Source: Methanothrix sp.
GTDB lineage: Archaea > Halobacteriota > Methanosarcinia > Methanotrichales > Methanotrichaceae
Assembly: GCA_963682135.1 (NCBI GenBank)
Contig: OY821645.1
Span: 288,001 to 352,000, forward strand
Direction: 5' to 3'
DNA: 64,000 nt
In this document: positions 50,619-61,351 of the stretch, piece after piece
Layout of the letters: each line of letters begins with the position of its first letter
Position numbering within the stretch: the first letter of the stretch is position 1
The notes under the pieces: generated by a model
Database searches by the model: none
What the model saw: the letters and a program-made list of their open reading frames with translations, nothing else
What the model was told of the DNA's origin: nothing
Made by a program: the position numbers and the translations under genes

Positions 50619-51221
50619 TTAAGGCGCAATGGCTTTGGAATTATTTAATGCTGAGAGGGCATTGTTCTTACCGGCCAATGCATTTGCATTACCAGGTTCA
50701 CGATTGAGCAAAGCCTCGTATGCATCTAGTGATGCCTGGTATCTGCCCAGGAAGTACAGGGAATTTCCCAGATTAAGCCAGCCCTTCGACAAAGTTGGAT
50801 CGAGATTGACTGCTTTGGCATATGACTGCGCAGCTTGTTCATACGATCCCGTCAGGTAAAGGACGTTTGCTTTATCCAGCAAGCCGGCAGCATCCTCGCC
50901 AGCAGTATTCGAGCTACTTGTATTCGAGCTGCTTGTATTCGTGCTATCAACGGGTGCGTTACTTGCTGATGCACCAGGAGTCTCTCCGGCATAAGGAGGG
51001 TTATAAACGCCATGGTTCCCATAATAGCATTCGCAATCACCATAAAGAAAATTGTATATATCTGCATACCACAGGCGCTGCTGCCATTCTGATCTTGAAG
51101 AGTAACAATTTGATCTAAAACAATCCTCAGATCCTTGTGCGGTAATCCAGGGCAGCGTCAAGAAGACAACTACCAGGGCAATGATGAGTATTAAAGGCAA
51201 CCTGTGATGCGTTACAGCCAT
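50619..51221 (-). CDS. Secreted TPR protein
   Basis: Signal/TM segment, Ser/Thr/Asn linker, and C-terminal TPRs. Confidence 0.8.
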   Translation of the reverse strand: MAVTHHRLPLILIIALVVVFLTLPWITAQGSEDCFRSNCYSSRSEWQQRLWYADIYNFLYGDCECYYGNHGVYNPPYAGETPGASASNAPVDSTNTSSSNTSSSNTAGEDAAGLLDKANVLYLTGSYEQAAQSYAKAVNLDPTLSKGWLNLGNSLYFLGRYQASLDAYEALLNREPGNANALAGKNNALSALNNSKAIAP

Positions 51222-51426
51222 ATCTAACCCTCCTGCATAGGTCCTCAATCCTATGATACAATTGTCACACAGATACAATATATCGATTGTGGTAGATATG
51301 GACCGCTGGTATCAGACATTTTTGAGTGTATCGGAAATTATTCCCATATTATGCCCCTCATTATTATTGTCATAAGGTATTCACGATTACATAATTTAAC
51401 TGGTAGGATTGCGAAGGACAGAGCGG

Positions 51427-51459
51427 GAAGTCCCCCTCCTTCAGGAGGCGGTAGTTCAC
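51427..51459 (+). mobile_element. Orphan IS200/IS605-type right-end hairpin
   Basis: gaagtccccctccttcaggaggcggtagttcac: a GC-rich stem-loop followed by ...TAGTTCAC. Confidence 0.5.
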
Positions 51460-51509
51460 GACAGATAAACTTTTATCCAAATAATAATCATTATCAATTA
51501 GGGATTGAT

Positions 51510-51992
51510 ATGTCTTTGAAAAAAGACGGGATTCATTGGTCTTCACTGCAATTATATGCAGTGTGGTTGGCAGTTTTTTGTCTTGCCATTTCAAATACGA
51601 GCATTGCAAGTGATTCGATTCAGCCAATTTTAGTGTCCAAGGAGGATGCTGCAAAGAAGATAATTGATAATGTCATTCCGACAATCAACAGCACAAGCCT
51701 GCGAACAAATCAATATCCAATGATGCTGGATGCAGGATCGCGGGTGATGCAGGCAGTACCTGATGGGGGGAACGGATCTGAATATCTGTTATGCAAGAAC
51801 AGTAGCTGGCTGTTTTTTATCGACTTGGAGCCAACTGCGCACTTTGCCCATCCTGTTATGATCACTTTACTGGATGCAGTCAGCGGAGAGATCAGAAGCT
51901 TGGATGCAGAGTGGTGGCCGATTATTGAGATGCCGGTCTTCAAGAATCAGGATGATAGGCTAGATTCAAGCACGATTATTTACGAAAGATAA
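51510..51992 (+). CDS. Secreted protein homologous to the N-terminal domain of the downstream protease
   Basis: Shares SWLFxID.P.AHFAHPV...DA...AEWWP with the next ORF. Confidence 0.8.
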   Translation: MSLKKDGIHWSSLQLYAVWLAVFCLAISNTSIASDSIQPILVSKEDAAKKIIDNVIPTINSTSLRTNQYPMMLDAGSRVMQAVPDGGNGSEYLLCKNSSWLFFIDLEPTAHFAHPVMITLLDAVSGEIRSLDAEWWPIIEMPVFKNQDDRLDSSTIIYER

Positions 51993-52010
51993 TTGCACAA
52001 AATTGTATAG

Positions 52011-53462
52011 GTGGTAGTTATTGTGATTGCACGATTATTAAGGTGGAGATCTGTTGCCTTGATAGTAGCTATTCTTTTATCCAGTTTGCTATTTCAGGCA
52101 ATCGGAGTAATGGCAATTGAGGAAATGCAGATCGCCTCAGAGCAGATGAGTTCCAAGATGATATTAAACAAAGCAGATGCGTCTGCACTTGTACGAGATT
52201 CCATTATCAATCCTCTATGGGAGGCAGCTGACAAGGAGAATGGGCTTAAAGTGCTCCAATATGATGTGACATTGCCAGAGGGTACAAAGATAGAACCAGC
52301 CTATGAGGCCGCAGGCATGAAGACTGTAACATTCGTCAGCCAAAACCCAAGCTGGCTCTTCATGATCGACGAGATGCCTGGGGCTCATTTCGCTCATCCG
52401 GTAAAGTACGTTGTAGTTGATGCAAAAACAAAAGAACTGCAGGTCATGGAGGCGGAATGGTGGCCGAAGGTCAGTGGCCGCCAGGTCTTCGAAAAGGAGG
52501 ATATAAGAGCTGATCCGTCTTTGATAGTCTTCTACAAAGAGCCAGCTACGCTACAAAAAGCAGTCTCAAGTGCGAGGATGATAAATCCAAACCTTCTCGC
52601 TCCTGCAGTGCAGTGCGAGTCCTGGGCAGTGATAGTCTGCGGATTTAATGACCTTCCCGATACGTTCGATGAAGATACAAATGGAATATACAACGTTCTC
52701 AAGAGTCTAGGACTGGATGATGACCACATCTACTATCTGAGCCCTCATGCAGATGCGGGCGTGGATAGGGTAAATACAGCTGCAAATGTGCAGTGGGCAT
52801 TAAGTGAGGTAGCGGCACAATCAGGCAACAATGATAAGGTGCTATTCTTTTACAGCTCTCACGGAGGTGTCGATTACCTCGTCTGCGATACGGGAACTTC
52901 AGCTGGTGGCATCTGGGCAAGCGATCTGGATAACTGGTTGGATGCAATTACCTGCAAAGAGATGTCAGTAATCGTGGAGGCCTGCCATAGCGGGAGCCTG
53001 ATTGGCAAGTACAAAAATGGAAATTATCTGCCAGCCGAGAGCGACCTGACTGTAGACGGCGAGTCCAACCGTGTGATATTCACCTCGGCCTCGACTGACA
53101 CATCATCCTATGCAGATGTAGATGGCCCCGACGATCCCAATCCATCTGACAGCGGCAGCGAATCGATCTATGGATATATCATGGCTTTTTCTGAAAGCTC
53201 GGCGGACACGAACGGAGATGGTAAAGTCTCTTTCGGCGAGGCCCAACAATACGCATGGGATAACGATGTCACGCGCTTGAGGGGTGACAACATGCCCCAA
53301 ATGCTACAAGCTGGATTAGACAGGGCTATAGTCTACCACCAATGCCTGGATTCCCAGGCGGGAAGCAAATTCAAGAAGCCTCTGTACGAGGTTGTGGAAA
53401 GGATTAGACCTGATGTGGACATCAAGGTGAATCCAAAGATGGAGGCCACATTGGAAAGATAG
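52011..53462 (+). CDS. Secreted clan CD cysteine peptidase (C13/caspase-like) with an EF-hand-like loop
   Basis: LFFYSSHGG and VIVEACHSG His-Cys dyad; DTNGDGKVSFGE. Confidence 0.85.
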   Translation: MVVIVIARLLRWRSVALIVAILLSSLLFQAIGVMAIEEMQIASEQMSSKMILNKADASALVRDSIINPLWEAADKENGLKVLQYDVTLPEGTKIEPAYEAAGMKTVTFVSQNPSWLFMIDEMPGAHFAHPVKYVVVDAKTKELQVMEAEWWPKVSGRQVFEKEDIRADPSLIVFYKEPATLQKAVSSARMINPNLLAPAVQCESWAVIVCGFNDLPDTFDEDTNGIYNVLKSLGLDDDHIYYLSPHADAGVDRVNTAANVQWALSEVAAQSGNNDKVLFFYSSHGGVDYLVCDTGTSAGGIWASDLDNWLDAITCKEMSVIVEACHSGSLIGKYKNGNYLPAESDLTVDGESNRVIFTSASTDTSSYADVDGPDDPNPSDSGSESIYGYIMAFSESSADTNGDGKVSFGEAQQYAWDNDVTRLRGDNMPQMLQAGLDRAIVYHQCLDSQAGSKFKKPLYEVVERIRPDVDIKVNPKMEATLER

Positions 53463-53493
53463 ATCCGAATTGCAGTCGCCTAGAGCTTTTTTT

Positions 53494-54342
53494 TTATACT
53501 CTGCCCTCTTCCTCATTTTGCATGATCTTCGCGCCCCTGGCAAAGGCTGCATCCGCCTCAGCATCTTTGCCCAGAGCCATGAGAGCCAGGCCCCTGCTGT
53601 TCCAGGCCCTGGCGTTCTCGGCATCGATCTCGATGGCCCTATCAATATCATCGATAGCTTCCGCGTACCGGCTCAGGCGCCGCAGGGCCTCGCCCCGACC
53701 GTACCAGGAATCGGCATTTAGCGGATCGACCTCCAGCGCCCGGTCGAAATGCGCTACTGCCTCATCGTATCTGTGCAGTTTGGCAAGAGCCGCGCCTTTG
53801 TTGTTCCAGAACTCGCTTCTTTGCGGCTGCAGGGCGATGGACCGGTCAAAGCAATCCAGAGCCGCCTCATAGTCGCCCATATTTCCCAGAGATGCGCCTC
53901 GGTTGCTCCACACACGGGCACCATTGGGATTCAGCTCAAGAGCTTGATCATAATAATCGACTGCTTCCTGATATCTTCCCAGCCGGTTCAGAATTACGCC
54001 TTTGTTGTACCAGGCTCTCACGTAGCCGGGAACGGCCTTGATGATGGCGTCAAAATAGGCAATGGCCTGCGCGTATCTCTTCAGTTTGTAGAAGACAACG
54101 CCTTTATTATTCTGGGCATCGGTATATTGAGGGTCGATATTTAGGGCAGCATCAAAGGATACAATAGCCTCCTCATGCCGGCCCAGTCGGCATAAGGCCA
54201 GACCTCTGCGGTTACAAAGAGTTGCGTCTTTCGTGTATTTTTCTATGGCCCTATCATAAAATGAGAGGGCTTCATCAAATTTGCCGTTCTGGTATAGTTC
54301 ATCAGCTTTTTCTGCCAGGGAAATAGCATCCATGATAGTCAC
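53494..54342 (-). CDS. TPR-repeat protein
   Basis: About 8 canonical TPRs (AWYNKG...). Confidence 0.9.
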   Translation of the reverse strand: MTIMDAISLAEKADELYQNGKFDEALSFYDRAIEKYTKDATLCNRRGLALCRLGRHEEAIVSFDAALNIDPQYTDAQNNKGVVFYKLKRYAQAIAYFDAIIKAVPGYVRAWYNKGVILNRLGRYQEAVDYYDQALELNPNGARVWSNRGASLGNMGDYEAALDCFDRSIALQPQRSEFWNNKGAALAKLHRYDEAVAHFDRALEVDPLNADSWYGRGEALRRLSRYAEAIDDIDRAIEIDAENARAWNSRGLALMALGKDAEADAAFARGAKIMQNEEEGRV

Positions 54343-54619
54343 CGCCTGATTGAGGTGAGAAGATAACTCCTAGTGGGTGAACTTAGGTCAAATCCATTTC
54401 TTTGTGCGTCTCTGCCCAGTGCCATATTATTCTATGCAGCCGCTGCTTACGGCAGGATTTTTCAATGATCTCGGCTCGATATAAATCCAGACGTACCTGA
54501 CGCGCACAATCTCAGCGTATAATGCTACTTATTTAGGATAATATGCTTTAGTCGCTCAAAAGTTTATACAGATTTATATAATATCTTGTTTCGAATTTTC
54601 CGGGCTTTATTGCTTCCAT

Positions 54620-55093
54620 TCAAGTGAACCCTAGGCCAGATTTTTGATAGAAATCGAGAGATTCTGTTTTAGGATCTACTGTTATATATCTGCATCCTAC
54701 AGATTTGCAAACCACGTTGGTTATGAGTCCAATAGCCCAATTTAGAATATTGGTTCCAATACCAAGGCGTTCATATTTTCTTACAACAGCCACGCGGCCT
54801 ATCAAAATACACGGAAGACTCGAATACATAGGTTTAATGCTGTCTTTTTTTCTTACCATATCCTCTCTTTTTAGGCGCGGTGCTAAAACAGAATCTGCAC
54901 TAAGCGAGACAAACCCGACAACTGAACTCTCATGAAAGAATAAGTAGGTCCTACTCAGCATGCACTCTTGCTCATGTAGGGCATCATTTTTTATAAAATC
55001 ATTCAAATCATCACTGAAGCAATCGAAATCGCTAACGTCGTGATCGCCGCTTAATGGTTCAACGCGGATAGCTTCCCATGGGATACGGGCCAT
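54620..55093 (-). CDS. GNAT toxin (TacT/AtaT-like), possibly truncated by a premature stop
   Basis: HDVSDFDC...LNDFIK, LPCILIGRVAV...GIGT and FYQK..GF. Confidence 0.8.
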   Translation of the reverse strand: MARIPWEAIRVEPLSGDHDVSDFDCFSDDLNDFIKNDALHEQECMLSRTYLFFHESSVVGFVSLSADSVLAPRLKREDMVRKKDSIKPMYSSLPCILIGRVAVVRKYERLGIGTNILNWAIGLITNVVCKSVGCRYITVDPKTESLDFYQKSGLGFT

Positions 55094-55245
55094 TAAAACT
55101 TTATTGGATGGGACTGATAAATCCGTTGCGCTTCTCTAAGCTGTCTCTTCTGCTGCGGTGTGACAGAGTAGGCTTCTTCGCTCTGCAAAAATACTTTTGC
55201 GTCCTCTTCGCTTAGAGTTAAACCGAGCCTGAGTGCCCTAGACAT
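55093..55245 (-). CDS. Putative antitoxin (resembles the DUF1778/TacA C-terminal part)
   Basis: 50 aa with LTLSEEDAKVFL; overlaps the toxin start by 1 nt. Confidence 0.6.
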   Translation of the reverse strand: MSRALRLGLTLSEEDAKVFLQSEEAYSVTPQQKRQLREAQRIYQSHPIKF

Positions 55246-55542
55246 ATTGCGCAGATCTCCGTTATCTCTGTTATTAGTACGTAATATCAGGCCTTGCGCC
55301 GTCAAAGCTTAATAACTTTTCCTAGGAAAACCTACCAGAAGGAAGTTCTTTTCATTGCCCCAACCTGGGCTCCATTCATGCGCATTATATCGATGCAGTA
55401 AATAAATCGATATTAATGGGTCGATCCTGGCTTATTACCTCAGAGCCCTAAGATTAGGACAAAGATTATCACGATCACCAAGGGCAGAAACAATCGCGCA
55501 TGGTTTTTCGGACTCCTGCTATTTCACATCTTAATGCCGCAC

Positions 55543-56015
55543 TCACGCAAATATTGTCCTGCTTGGAGCTGGGAGTAAAAATGAAACTATTTTAATCTGT
55601 TGTCCACAAAACTCGCTGGCCATAATCAACAATTTATCAACAATTATGTTAACGCAAAAAACGGTGAATTTTCTCTTCGTCCTCACTCTAAAGAGAGGAG
55701 TATTCGTGATCCTCTGTACGCAACATGTAATAAATAATAAATAAGATTTACTCCACGGGGTGAAGTTTAATTGATCTTTTCTACGTGGATGGTTTTCAGT
55801 AGTTGCAGAGTTCCTTCGTCCCATGGATACATTGATACTATTTCAACTACCACACGGCTTGGATCAAATGCTGTTCCATAGAGAATATGATATGATGAAA
55901 ATGATGTCATAAGTGGATTTTTTGGATCAATGACGATTCTTGCCGAATCAACGGCTCCCATTATCAGCAACGTCAGGAATGCTATAATCGATATAAATCT
56001 CATCTCATACACCAT
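55543..56015 (-). pseudogene. Probably frameshifted secreted protein
   Basis: Signal-peptide ORF 55767-56015 overlaps ORF 55543-55824 in another frame. Confidence 0.35.
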
Positions 56016-56434
56016 TTATTATTTGAGATTGAGATATCTAGACAAAAGCCTTTGGGTAAAAAGAGGGCCCGGAATATACGCACGAATACTGTCATGGGGC
56101 GAAGTTTCCAGCCGGACGTTGCTGTAATTTTTTAATCTGGTAACGATCGAATGCAGCAGCCTACAGCGATGCCTTCCAGCGTGGCAATCATATCAGGCTT
56201 CTCCCGCTTTTCGCTGAAGGAAAGCGCCGCCGCCATGGTGGCCTCTAGTAATGCGCTCTTGGCTTCATCTGAGGAGGAATATCGCCCCAACATCAAATCC
56301 CTGATGTTCCAGCTTCGCTGCATTGAGTTTCGCGACGGCCTTTCGGTACGCCGTCCACATTCAGCCCCCAAGGATCGCCAGGCCCCTGTTTTTTTATACT
56401 CCGGCGTACATATATCCAGCAGGAGAGAATTGCT

Positions 56435-57283
56435 ATGGCTATTACTACCAGGCTCTTTGGAAAGTCAGGCCCGCCCGTCACCCAGGTGGGCCTGGGCGGG
56501 GAGGGCGTGCTGCGCACCCACGGGCGCGAGCAGGAGGCAAAGGCCGTGATCGAGCAGGCTGCTGCTCAGGGCATAACCTACTTCGACTCCGCCCAGGCTT
56601 ATGCCGGCAGTCAGGGCTACTACGGCATTTTCTGGCGCAGCCATCAGGAGAAGCGCTCCGGCATATTTCAGACCAGCAAATCCGCCGCAAGAGACTACCT
56701 GGGCGCCAGGGCCGATCTGGCAGAGTCCCTGGAGATAATGGGCCTGGAAAGCCTGGACCTGTGGCAGATTCACGATCTACGGACTCGCCAGGATATCGAG
56801 GAGATCGAAGGGCCGGGCGGAGCCTTGCGGATGTTTGTCGAGGCCAAAGACGCTGGACTGGTGCGCTTTTTGGGCGTCACCGGACACCATGACCCCAAGA
56901 TCCTGGAGCAAGCTGTGAAAAACTGGCCGGTTGATGCCGTACTTATGCCCGTCAACCCAGCGGAAGCAATCCTGGGCGGATTTCTGGATCGGGTCATGGC
57001 TGCGGCCCAAGATCGCAGCCTCGCTGTTATCGCCATGAAGGTGCTGGGCGGCTCGCACTACATCTCTCCGCAGGATGGAGTGACTGCGGATCTGCTCCTG
57101 CGCTTTGCTCTTTCCCGGGAGATCAGCACGGCCATAGTGGGCTGCGGGAGTGCGGGGGAGGTAGAGGCGCTGGCCCGGGTGGGCATGCAGTTTCAGCCCC
57201 TGGCAGCAGAGGAAGAGGTGAGGCTGTTGGATCTCTTCCGGCCCCATGCCCGCAGGCTGGCGTACTACCGGGGAGTGATCTGA
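56435..57283 (+). CDS. Aldo/keto reductase
   Basis: GITYFDSAQAY, TSK, LDLWQIH, FLGVTGH and IAMKVLGG. Confidence 0.9.
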   Translation: MAITTRLFGKSGPPVTQVGLGGEGVLRTHGREQEAKAVIEQAAAQGITYFDSAQAYAGSQGYYGIFWRSHQEKRSGIFQTSKSAARDYLGARADLAESLEIMGLESLDLWQIHDLRTRQDIEEIEGPGGALRMFVEAKDAGLVRFLGVTGHHDPKILEQAVKNWPVDAVLMPVNPAEAILGGFLDRVMAAAQDRSLAVIAMKVLGGSHYISPQDGVTADLLLRFALSREISTAIVGCGSAGEVEALARVGMQFQPLAAEEEVRLLDLFRPHARRLAYYRGVI

Positions 57284-57455
57284 TGCAGCCTTGATGTAAA
57301 ATCAAACAGGGTTCGGTTTCACGCGAAGCCGCGAAGCTGCGAAGTTAAAGAATTGGTTAATTTCTGCATCATTGTTATGGCAGGAATGGATCTCTCGAAT
57401 AGTAGTAATAGATTGAACGAATACTCATTGCCAAAATTATTATGGAATGAATTAA

Positions 57456-58238
57456 ATGAACAGGACATATACAATTATAGGGGCATTGCTCTCCATCATG
57501 GCTTTGGCTCTGCTTCCTGGCGCAATGTGCGCAGATGACGACGTACTCTTCCAGGTATCCACCATTGATGCTCTGCTACAGGGCGTCTTTGACGGCTTTT
57601 ACAGCTTCGACGACCTGGAATCACATGGCGACTTCGGCATAGGCACCTTCGACTCGCTCGATGGGGAGATGGTAGCCGTGGATGGCGATTACTATCAGGT
57701 CAAGGCAGACGGCGTGGCTTATCCTGTGCAGGGCAATATGACCACACCCTTTTCCACAGTTACCTACTTCAAAGCCGACCAGACCATTGCCGTTCAAAAC
57801 GCCAGCAATTACACAATTCTCTCCAGCCAGATCTCCGAGAAGCTTCCCTCCATAAATATGTTCTACGCCCTGAGAATCGACGGCACCTTCCCCTACGTCA
57901 AGACGAGAAGCGTTCCCGCCCAGAAAAAGCCTTACCCGCGCCTGGCTGATGCCACCAAGAATCAGTCGGTCTTCGAATTTACCAACGTCACAGGAACGAT
58001 AGTCGGCCTCTGGGCACCAGAATTCTCAAAAGGTCTCAACGTCGCTGGATATCACCTTCATTTCATAACCGCGGACAGAAAGGCAGGTGGGCATATCCTC
58101 GACCTTAAGGTTGACAAAGCAGATGTCAAAGTAGACATAACACCCGGATTTGCCATGCAGCTTCCCACAACCGGCGACTTCTACAACGTCGATCTGACCC
58201 AGGATCTGCAGTCCGAGCTTGAGACGGTAGAGAAGTAA
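57456..58238 (+). CDS. budA: Alpha-acetolactate decarboxylase with a signal peptide
   Basis: FQVSTIDALLQG, HGDFGIGTF..LDGEM, TRSVP.Q, GYHLHF and GGHILD. Confidence 0.9.
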   Translation: MNRTYTIIGALLSIMALALLPGAMCADDDVLFQVSTIDALLQGVFDGFYSFDDLESHGDFGIGTFDSLDGEMVAVDGDYYQVKADGVAYPVQGNMTTPFSTVTYFKADQTIAVQNASNYTILSSQISEKLPSINMFYALRIDGTFPYVKTRSVPAQKKPYPRLADATKNQSVFEFTNVTGTIVGLWAPEFSKGLNVAGYHLHFITADRKAGGHILDLKVDKADVKVDITPGFAMQLPTTGDFYNVDLTQDLQSELETVEK

Positions 58239-58370
58239 GTGGCAAAACAAATATTTTTTTTTGATATTTTATAGCACTTCTATTAACCAATGAATCCCTG
58301 AAAAGGATTAAGTCCTTCCTCCGCCTAATTAGCTCTCCAACCGACCAGAAAATCTCGTGAGACAAGCCAA

Positions 58371-61289
58371 ATGAAATCAATCATAATAAAAGGTGCCCGC
58401 GAGCACAACCTCAAAGACATAAACGTAACGCTTCCCCGTGATAAGTTCATCGTCATCACTGGCGTATCCGGTTCAGGCAAATCCACCCTGGCTTTCGATA
58501 CCATCTACGCCGAGGGCCAGCGCCGCTACGTAGAATCGCTCTCCGCTTACGCCCGCCAGTTCCTGGGCCAGATGGACAAGCCTGATGTGGACAGCATTGA
58601 AGGCCTCTCCCCGGCCATCTCCATCGAGCAGAAGACCACCTCCAAGAACCCGCGCAGCACAGTGGGAACGGTAACCGAGATCTACGACTACCTGCGCCTC
58701 CTCTTTGCGAGAATTGGCATTCCCCACTGCCCGGTGCATGGCATGAAGATTGAGTCCCAATCGCCGGAGAGGATAGCAGAGGGCATTTTAGAGGAAGCGA
58801 GAGCCGAAGGCCAAACAAAGAATGAAGAAGGCTCAGGCGAGAGCAGCAGCCAGGTAACGATTCTCGCTCCCGTCGTCCGTCAGAAGAAGGGAACCTACGG
58901 CCAGCTCTTCACCGACCTGAATGCAGAAGGTTACACAAGGGTGCGGGTGAATGGAGAGATACGCAGAACGGATGAGACAATCGAGCTGGACCGCTACAAG
59001 ATGCATGATATTGACGTGGTCATGGACCGGCTGGACCCTGCCCAGGATCGGTCCCGGCTGGTGGAGGCTGTGGAGAATGCTCTTAAGAAAGCGGAGGGCC
59101 TGGTCGTCGTTCTTTTCGGCGAAGGCCGGGAGCGACTCTACTCAGCTACCATGGCCTGTCCGGTCTGCGGCATGGCCTTCGAGGAGCTTCAGCCGCGCAT
59201 GTTCTCTTTCAACAGTCCCTTTGGAGCCTGCGAGTCATGCAATGGTCTGGGCATTCGCATGGAGTTCGATCCGGATTTGATCATTCCGGATAGAGAGCTA
59301 TGCATCGCCGACGGTGCAGTGGCGCTCTATCGAAATGCCATCGACGGCTGGCGGGGCCAGCATCTGGCTGCGGTGGCCAAGCACTTCGGCTTTGACGTCC
59401 TCACACCCATCAAAGCCCTCTCCGATGAGCAGTACAATGCCCTGATGTACGGCTCAGAGGAAAGCATCCAGTTTAGCATGAGCATGAAAAATGGTGATGC
59501 CTACTGGATGCATAACGGCCAGTGGGAGGGCTTAATCCCACAAAGTGTCCGCCTCTACGGCCAGACAGCATCCGATTACAGGCGCGAGGAGCTGGAGAAG
59601 TTCATGCGCGTTCTACCCTGTCCGTCCTGTGGCGGTCGCAGGCTGAAGGAGAAGGTGCTGGCCGTAACTGTGGGAGAAAAATCCATTGTGGATGTGACCG
59701 ATCTATCCGTCGGCGATAGCCTCGAATTTTTTTCTAATCTCGCTCCCAGGATCTCGGATAAAGAGCAGGAAATCGCCCGCCAAATCCTGAAAGAGATCTC
59801 CTCTCGCCTGGGTTTTCTAGAGCACGTGGGTCTGGGATATCTTACCCTATCCCGGAACGCCGGAACCCTCTCGGGAGGCGAAGCGCAGCGTATCCGCCTG
59901 GCTACGCAGATCGGCTCCAATCTGACCGGCGTTCTTTATGTGCTGGACGAGCCTTCCATCGGCCTTCATCAGCGGGACAACGCCCGGCTCATTGAGACAC
60001 TGAAAAAGCTGCGGGACCTGGGTAACACCCTCATCGTAGTAGAGCATGATGAAGAGACCATACGCAGCTCTGACCATGTTCTGGACATCGGGCCGGGAGC
60101 GGGAATTCACGGCGGCTACGTGGTGGCGCAGGGTACACCCCAGGAGATCGAGAAGAATGCCGAGTCGCTCACTGGCCAGTACCTCTCCGGGAAACAGAGC
60201 ATCATAGTTCCGGCAAGCCGCAGGAAGAGCAATAAATTCATTCGCCTCAAAGGCTGCCGGGAGAATAATCTCAAGGGTATCGATGCTGCTATCCCTTTAG
60301 GTGTCCTGACAGTTGTCACCGGTGTCTCCGGCTCAGGCAAATCTACCCTCATCTATGACACTCTCTACCGGGCGCTCATGAAGAAGATCTACAAATCGAG
60401 CACAGAGCCGGGAGCTTACGATGAGATTATTTTCGACTGCGAGGTAGACAAAGTCATCGTCATCGACCAGAGCCCCATCGGCAGAACGCCTCGCTCCAAT
60501 CCTGCCACCTACACCAAGATCTTCGATCCTATCCGGCTGGCCTTTGCCGAGACGAAAGAGGCCAAGGTGCGCGGCTACAAAGCAGGTCGCTTCTCCTTTA
60601 ACGTTCGGGGCGGTCGATGTGAGGCCTGCCAGGGAGACGGGCTCATCAAGATTGAGATGAACTTTCTGCCCGACGTCTACATCGAATGCGAGGAGTGCAA
60701 GGGCACCCGCTACAATCGCGAGACCCTGGATGTCAAATATAAGGGCAAGTCCATTGCCGATGTGCTGGATATGACTGTAGAAGAGGCCCGGGAGCACTTT
60801 CAGAACGTTCCTGCCATCAGAAGCAAGCTGGATACCCTTTTGGGCGTAGGCCTCGGATATATCAAGCTGGGGCAGAGCTCGACTACCCTCTCGGGCGGCG
60901 AGGCGCAGAGGATCAAGCTCACCCGGGAGCTGGCCAAGAGGGGCACGGGAAGGACTATTTACCTGCTGGACGAGCCGACAACCGGGCTGCACTTCGCTGA
61001 TGTCAAGAAGCTCATCAGCGTCCTGGACGACCTGGTGGCCAAGGGCAACAGCGTGGTGGTCATCGAGCACAACCTGGATGTTATCAAGTGCGCCGACTAC
61101 ATCATCGACCTGGGGCCGGAGGGCGGCAACGCCGGCGGGCGAATTGTGGCAGCAGGAACGCCGGAAGAGGTGGCTGCGGTCGAAGAGAGCCACACCGGAC
61201 ATTACCTGAGATCGAGGGTCGGTGGCAGCGAGCCGGGAGCGAAAGCGACGGGAAAGAAGGGTTCAAAGGCCAAGGCCAACGGAAAGTAG
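58371..61289 (+). CDS. uvrA: Excinuclease ABC subunit A
   Basis: GAREHNLK, two GVSGSGKST motifs, two LSGGEAQR motifs, and zinc fingers. Confidence 0.97.
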   Translation: MKSIIIKGAREHNLKDINVTLPRDKFIVITGVSGSGKSTLAFDTIYAEGQRRYVESLSAYARQFLGQMDKPDVDSIEGLSPAISIEQKTTSKNPRSTVGTVTEIYDYLRLLFARIGIPHCPVHGMKIESQSPERIAEGILEEARAEGQTKNEEGSGESSSQVTILAPVVRQKKGTYGQLFTDLNAEGYTRVRVNGEIRRTDETIELDRYKMHDIDVVMDRLDPAQDRSRLVEAVENALKKAEGLVVVLFGEGRERLYSATMACPVCGMAFEELQPRMFSFNSPFGACESCNGLGIRMEFDPDLIIPDRELCIADGAVALYRNAIDGWRGQHLAAVAKHFGFDVLTPIKALSDEQYNALMYGSEESIQFSMSMKNGDAYWMHNGQWEGLIPQSVRLYGQTASDYRREELEKFMRVLPCPSCGGRRLKEKVLAVTVGEKSIVDVTDLSVGDSLEFFSNLAPRISDKEQEIARQILKEISSRLGFLEHVGLGYLTLSRNAGTLSGGEAQRIRLATQIGSNLTGVLYVLDEPSIGLHQRDNARLIETLKKLRDLGNTLIVVEHDEETIRSSDHVLDIGPGAGIHGGYVVAQGTPQEIEKNAESLTGQYLSGKQSIIVPASRRKSNKFIRLKGCRENNLKGIDAAIPLGVLTVVTGVSGSGKSTLIYDTLYRALMKKIYKSSTEPGAYDEIIFDCEVDKVIVIDQSPIGRTPRSNPATYTKIFDPIRLAFAETKEAKVRGYKAGRFSFNVRGGRCEACQGDGLIKIEMNFLPDVYIECEECKGTRYNRETLDVKYKGKSIADVLDMTVEEAREHFQNVPAIRSKLDTLLGVGLGYIKLGQSSTTLSGGEAQRIKLTRELAKRGTGRTIYLLDEPTTGLHFADVKKLISVLDDLVAKGNSVVVIEHNLDVIKCADYIIDLGPEGGNAGGRIVAAGTPEEVAAVEESHTGHYLRSRVGGSEPGAKATGKKGSKAKANGK

Positions 61290-61351
61290 TCTTTCTGCCC
61301 AACCGCCATGCTAAATATGAAGTGGCACCTTCGCCAGAATCAGGATATACG

